DNA from: Pecten maximus
Lineage: Eukaryota
Direction of reading: 5' to 3'
Assembly (NCBI RefSeq): GCF_902652985.1
Contig: NC_047023.1
Span: 27,094,001 to 27,158,000, forward strand
DNA: 64,000 nucleotides
Notes under the pieces: generated by a model
The model's input: the letters and a program-made list of their open reading frames with translations, nothing else
What the model was told of the DNA's origin: nothing
Database searches by the model: none
Translations under genes and position numbers: made by a program
Shown: one piece after another, positions 63,201 to 64,000 of the stretch
How the letters are laid out: every line of letters begins with the position of its first letter
Position numbering within the stretch: the first letter of the stretch is position 1

Positions 63201-63942
63201 CTATTCCGATCACCATTGCTCTTCAATCCGCTTACCAGATGGTGCCTCTATCTTCTCTGCGGAAGCATGTGCCATCGATTTGGCCCTCGACCATATCGAA
63301 GAACAACGCATTAGAAAGGCAATCATTTGTTCCGACTCTCTATCTGTCCTTCAGAATTTACAATCACGAGATCCAAAGAATATACTCATACAAAACCTTG
63401 TTTTACGAATATCTCGTATCTTAAAAATATGCAAAATAACACTATTTTGGATTCCGAGCCATGTCGGAATTAAAGGCAACGAACTTGTTGACCGCCAAGC
63501 AAAACTTGCTCTAAATCTGCAACAAACAAATATTAAAATACCATATACAGATTTCAAACCTATAATTAGTTCTGCCATTCAGAGTAAATGGCAGCAACGC
63601 TGGTCTCTCGAGAAGAGCAACAAACTTTTTAAAGTACAACCAAAACTTAAAACATCAAAACCAAGTCGGAAGGATCGTAGAGAGGAAATAGTCCTCTCTC
63701 GGCTCCGTACCGGGCACACATATCCTACTCATTCGTTCCTTTTGAAACGAGAGGATCCACCGATGTGTTATGCATGTGATGCTCAATTCACAGTGCAGCA
63801 TTTTTTAATAGAATGTTCCGATTTCAAGCACATTCGTGATAAATACTTTCGAGTCCCGGACATGAAAACCCTTTTCAGTTCCGTGGACTCGAAAACAATA
63901 TTTAGCTACTTGAAAGAAATCGATCTATTTTATAGACTTTGA
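60274..63942 (+). CDS. LINE ORF2p: APE endonuclease, reverse transcriptase, RNase H, CCHC (1222 aa, GTG start)
   Basis: APE: QWNIRG, CLQE, GDF, IDL, SDHFPI. RT: YRPISL, QSGFR, FFDLEKAYD, GVPQGGILS, LFVDD, KFLG. RNase H: IYTDGS, SAEACAI, SDSLS, WIPSHVGIKGNELVD. C-terminus: CYAC...H...C. Confidence 0.95.
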   Translation: MDSNTNNFIIQWNIRGLRANLEEFQNLSKEFRPALFCLQEVMLKNPITFRNFSLYNSIATVGNRGGAAVAVHKIIPHRLITLNTNLQAVAVCATLHRQVTVCSIYLPPSIAFTSEQLNNLVSQLPAPYIILGDFIGHNSLWGSPNTDERGRRIEEFIDKNNLCLVNNNTPTYLHPATGSRTHIDLSLCHPSILLDYDWRVNDDLCGSDHFPIFLRNIGTPLDKPLPRWNVHRADWGQFKHLCNEELTVEKFTNLDDPIKTFTETITSIATKMIPKSVPKPTKFLLSEESFINRSGRKAALRRFLTSPTTENYNNFKIWRAKARRSIKSDKKNSWKEYISKISSNTSSKKIWDQIRKISGKRKTAPASHLINNSQIFSSTSEIANAFAKNIAHNSSAKNHSKKFQTFKKDKEKKRLNFKSSNTESYNKPFDLQELLESLKRSTDSAAGPDEIPYQFLKHLPESSSRCLLYIFNQVFASGKIPESWKESTVIPIPKPGKDANEPNNYRPISLTSCICKTLERMINNGLVWFLESNNILSPLQSGFRNRRGTVDHLVRLETFIREAFAKKEHLVAVFFDLEKAYDTTWQYGIMKDLHEIGVRGNLPKFISNYISDRHFKVRVGSTYSETAKQEMGVPQGGILSVTLFGLKINSITKCLGKSTEGSLFVDDFLICYRSKNMHTIERQLQQCLGKLQTWADENGFKFSRSKTVCMHFCQKRKPHNNTDLTLNGSKIPVVEQTKFLGLIFDSKLSFVPHIKHLKDKCSKAMNILRVLSHTDWGADREMLLRLYRALIRSKLDYGSIVYGSARNSYLQMLDPIHNQGLRLALGAFRTTPVQSLYVEANEPSLNDRRKKLSLQYAAQLKSNPKNPAFDLVVNPQYQNIFTQNQKLLPTFGIRISNFLHELNISLDNIGEYTVSDVPPWLVETPDINLTLHVRAKSSALPEEHKSSFRECIKDFPDHVQIYTDGSKDGVKVSAACYSDHHCSSIRLPDGASIFSAEACAIDLALDHIEEQRIRKAIICSDSLSVLQNLQSRDPKNILIQNLVLRISRILKICKITLFWIPSHVGIKGNELVDRQAKLALNLQQTNIKIPYTDFKPIISSAIQSKWQQRWSLEKSNKLFKVQPKLKTSKPSRKDRREEIVLSRLRTGHTYPTHSFLLKREDPPMCYACDAQFTVQHFLIECSDFKHIRDKYFRVPDMKTLFSSVDSKTIFSYLKEIDLFYRL

Positions 63943-64000
63943 TGTCTTTTACGTTACTGTCTTTGACGTTCTATTTATAACAAAGTTCACATAATCTATT

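Larger units (their letters stand above)
58343..64000 (+). mobile_element. Near-full-length I-group (Nimb-like) non-LTR retrotransposon; 3' tail lies beyond the window
   Basis: ~490-nt GC-richer 5' UTR, then two long tandem ORFs with gag and APE-RT-RNase H-CCHC architecture. Confidence 0.95.

Noticed and set aside
58314-63578. Antisense and alternate-frame ORFs overlapping the LINE UTR, ORF1 and ORF2
   Set aside because: Expected shadows of long ORFs and a GC-richer UTR; no motifs.
1-64000. The two outward-facing LINE+satellite ends as giant inverted repeats of one composite element
   Set aside because: The LINE copies are ~13% diverged and the arrays differ over most of their units, so independent insertions are more parsimonious.

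Overview
AT-rich eukaryotic (animal) intergenic/intronic DNA. The repeat complement (V- and Meta-type SINEs, Helentron/HINE modules, CR1 and I/Nimb LINEs) points to a mollusc, probably a bivalve; this is an inference. No host protein-coding gene is recognisable. The main element is a near-full-length I-group (Nimb-like) non-LTR retrotransposon at 58343->64000, with a gag-like ORF1 (3 CCHC knuckles) and an ORF2 carrying APE endonuclease, RT, RNase H and a C-terminal CCHC. Its first ~119 nt fold by eye into a complete HDV-like double-pseudoknot self-cleaving ribozyme. A 5'-truncated copy of a sister subfamily (~87% identical) lies at 1-456 on the minus strand. The 5' junctions of both copies abut 47-bp minisatellite arrays that share a TACAGTAyTGT core, and both junctions fall at nearly the same register. 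This suggests a ribozyme-headed, minisatellite-associated retrotransposon system. The rest of the window holds a 33/52/26-bp satellite complex, a cluster of Helentron-type non-autonomous elements (one with a TATA/exon/intron cargo), a tRNA-containing TG..CA solo-LTR-like element, a decayed CR1, many SINE copies and a candidate promoter/first exon.
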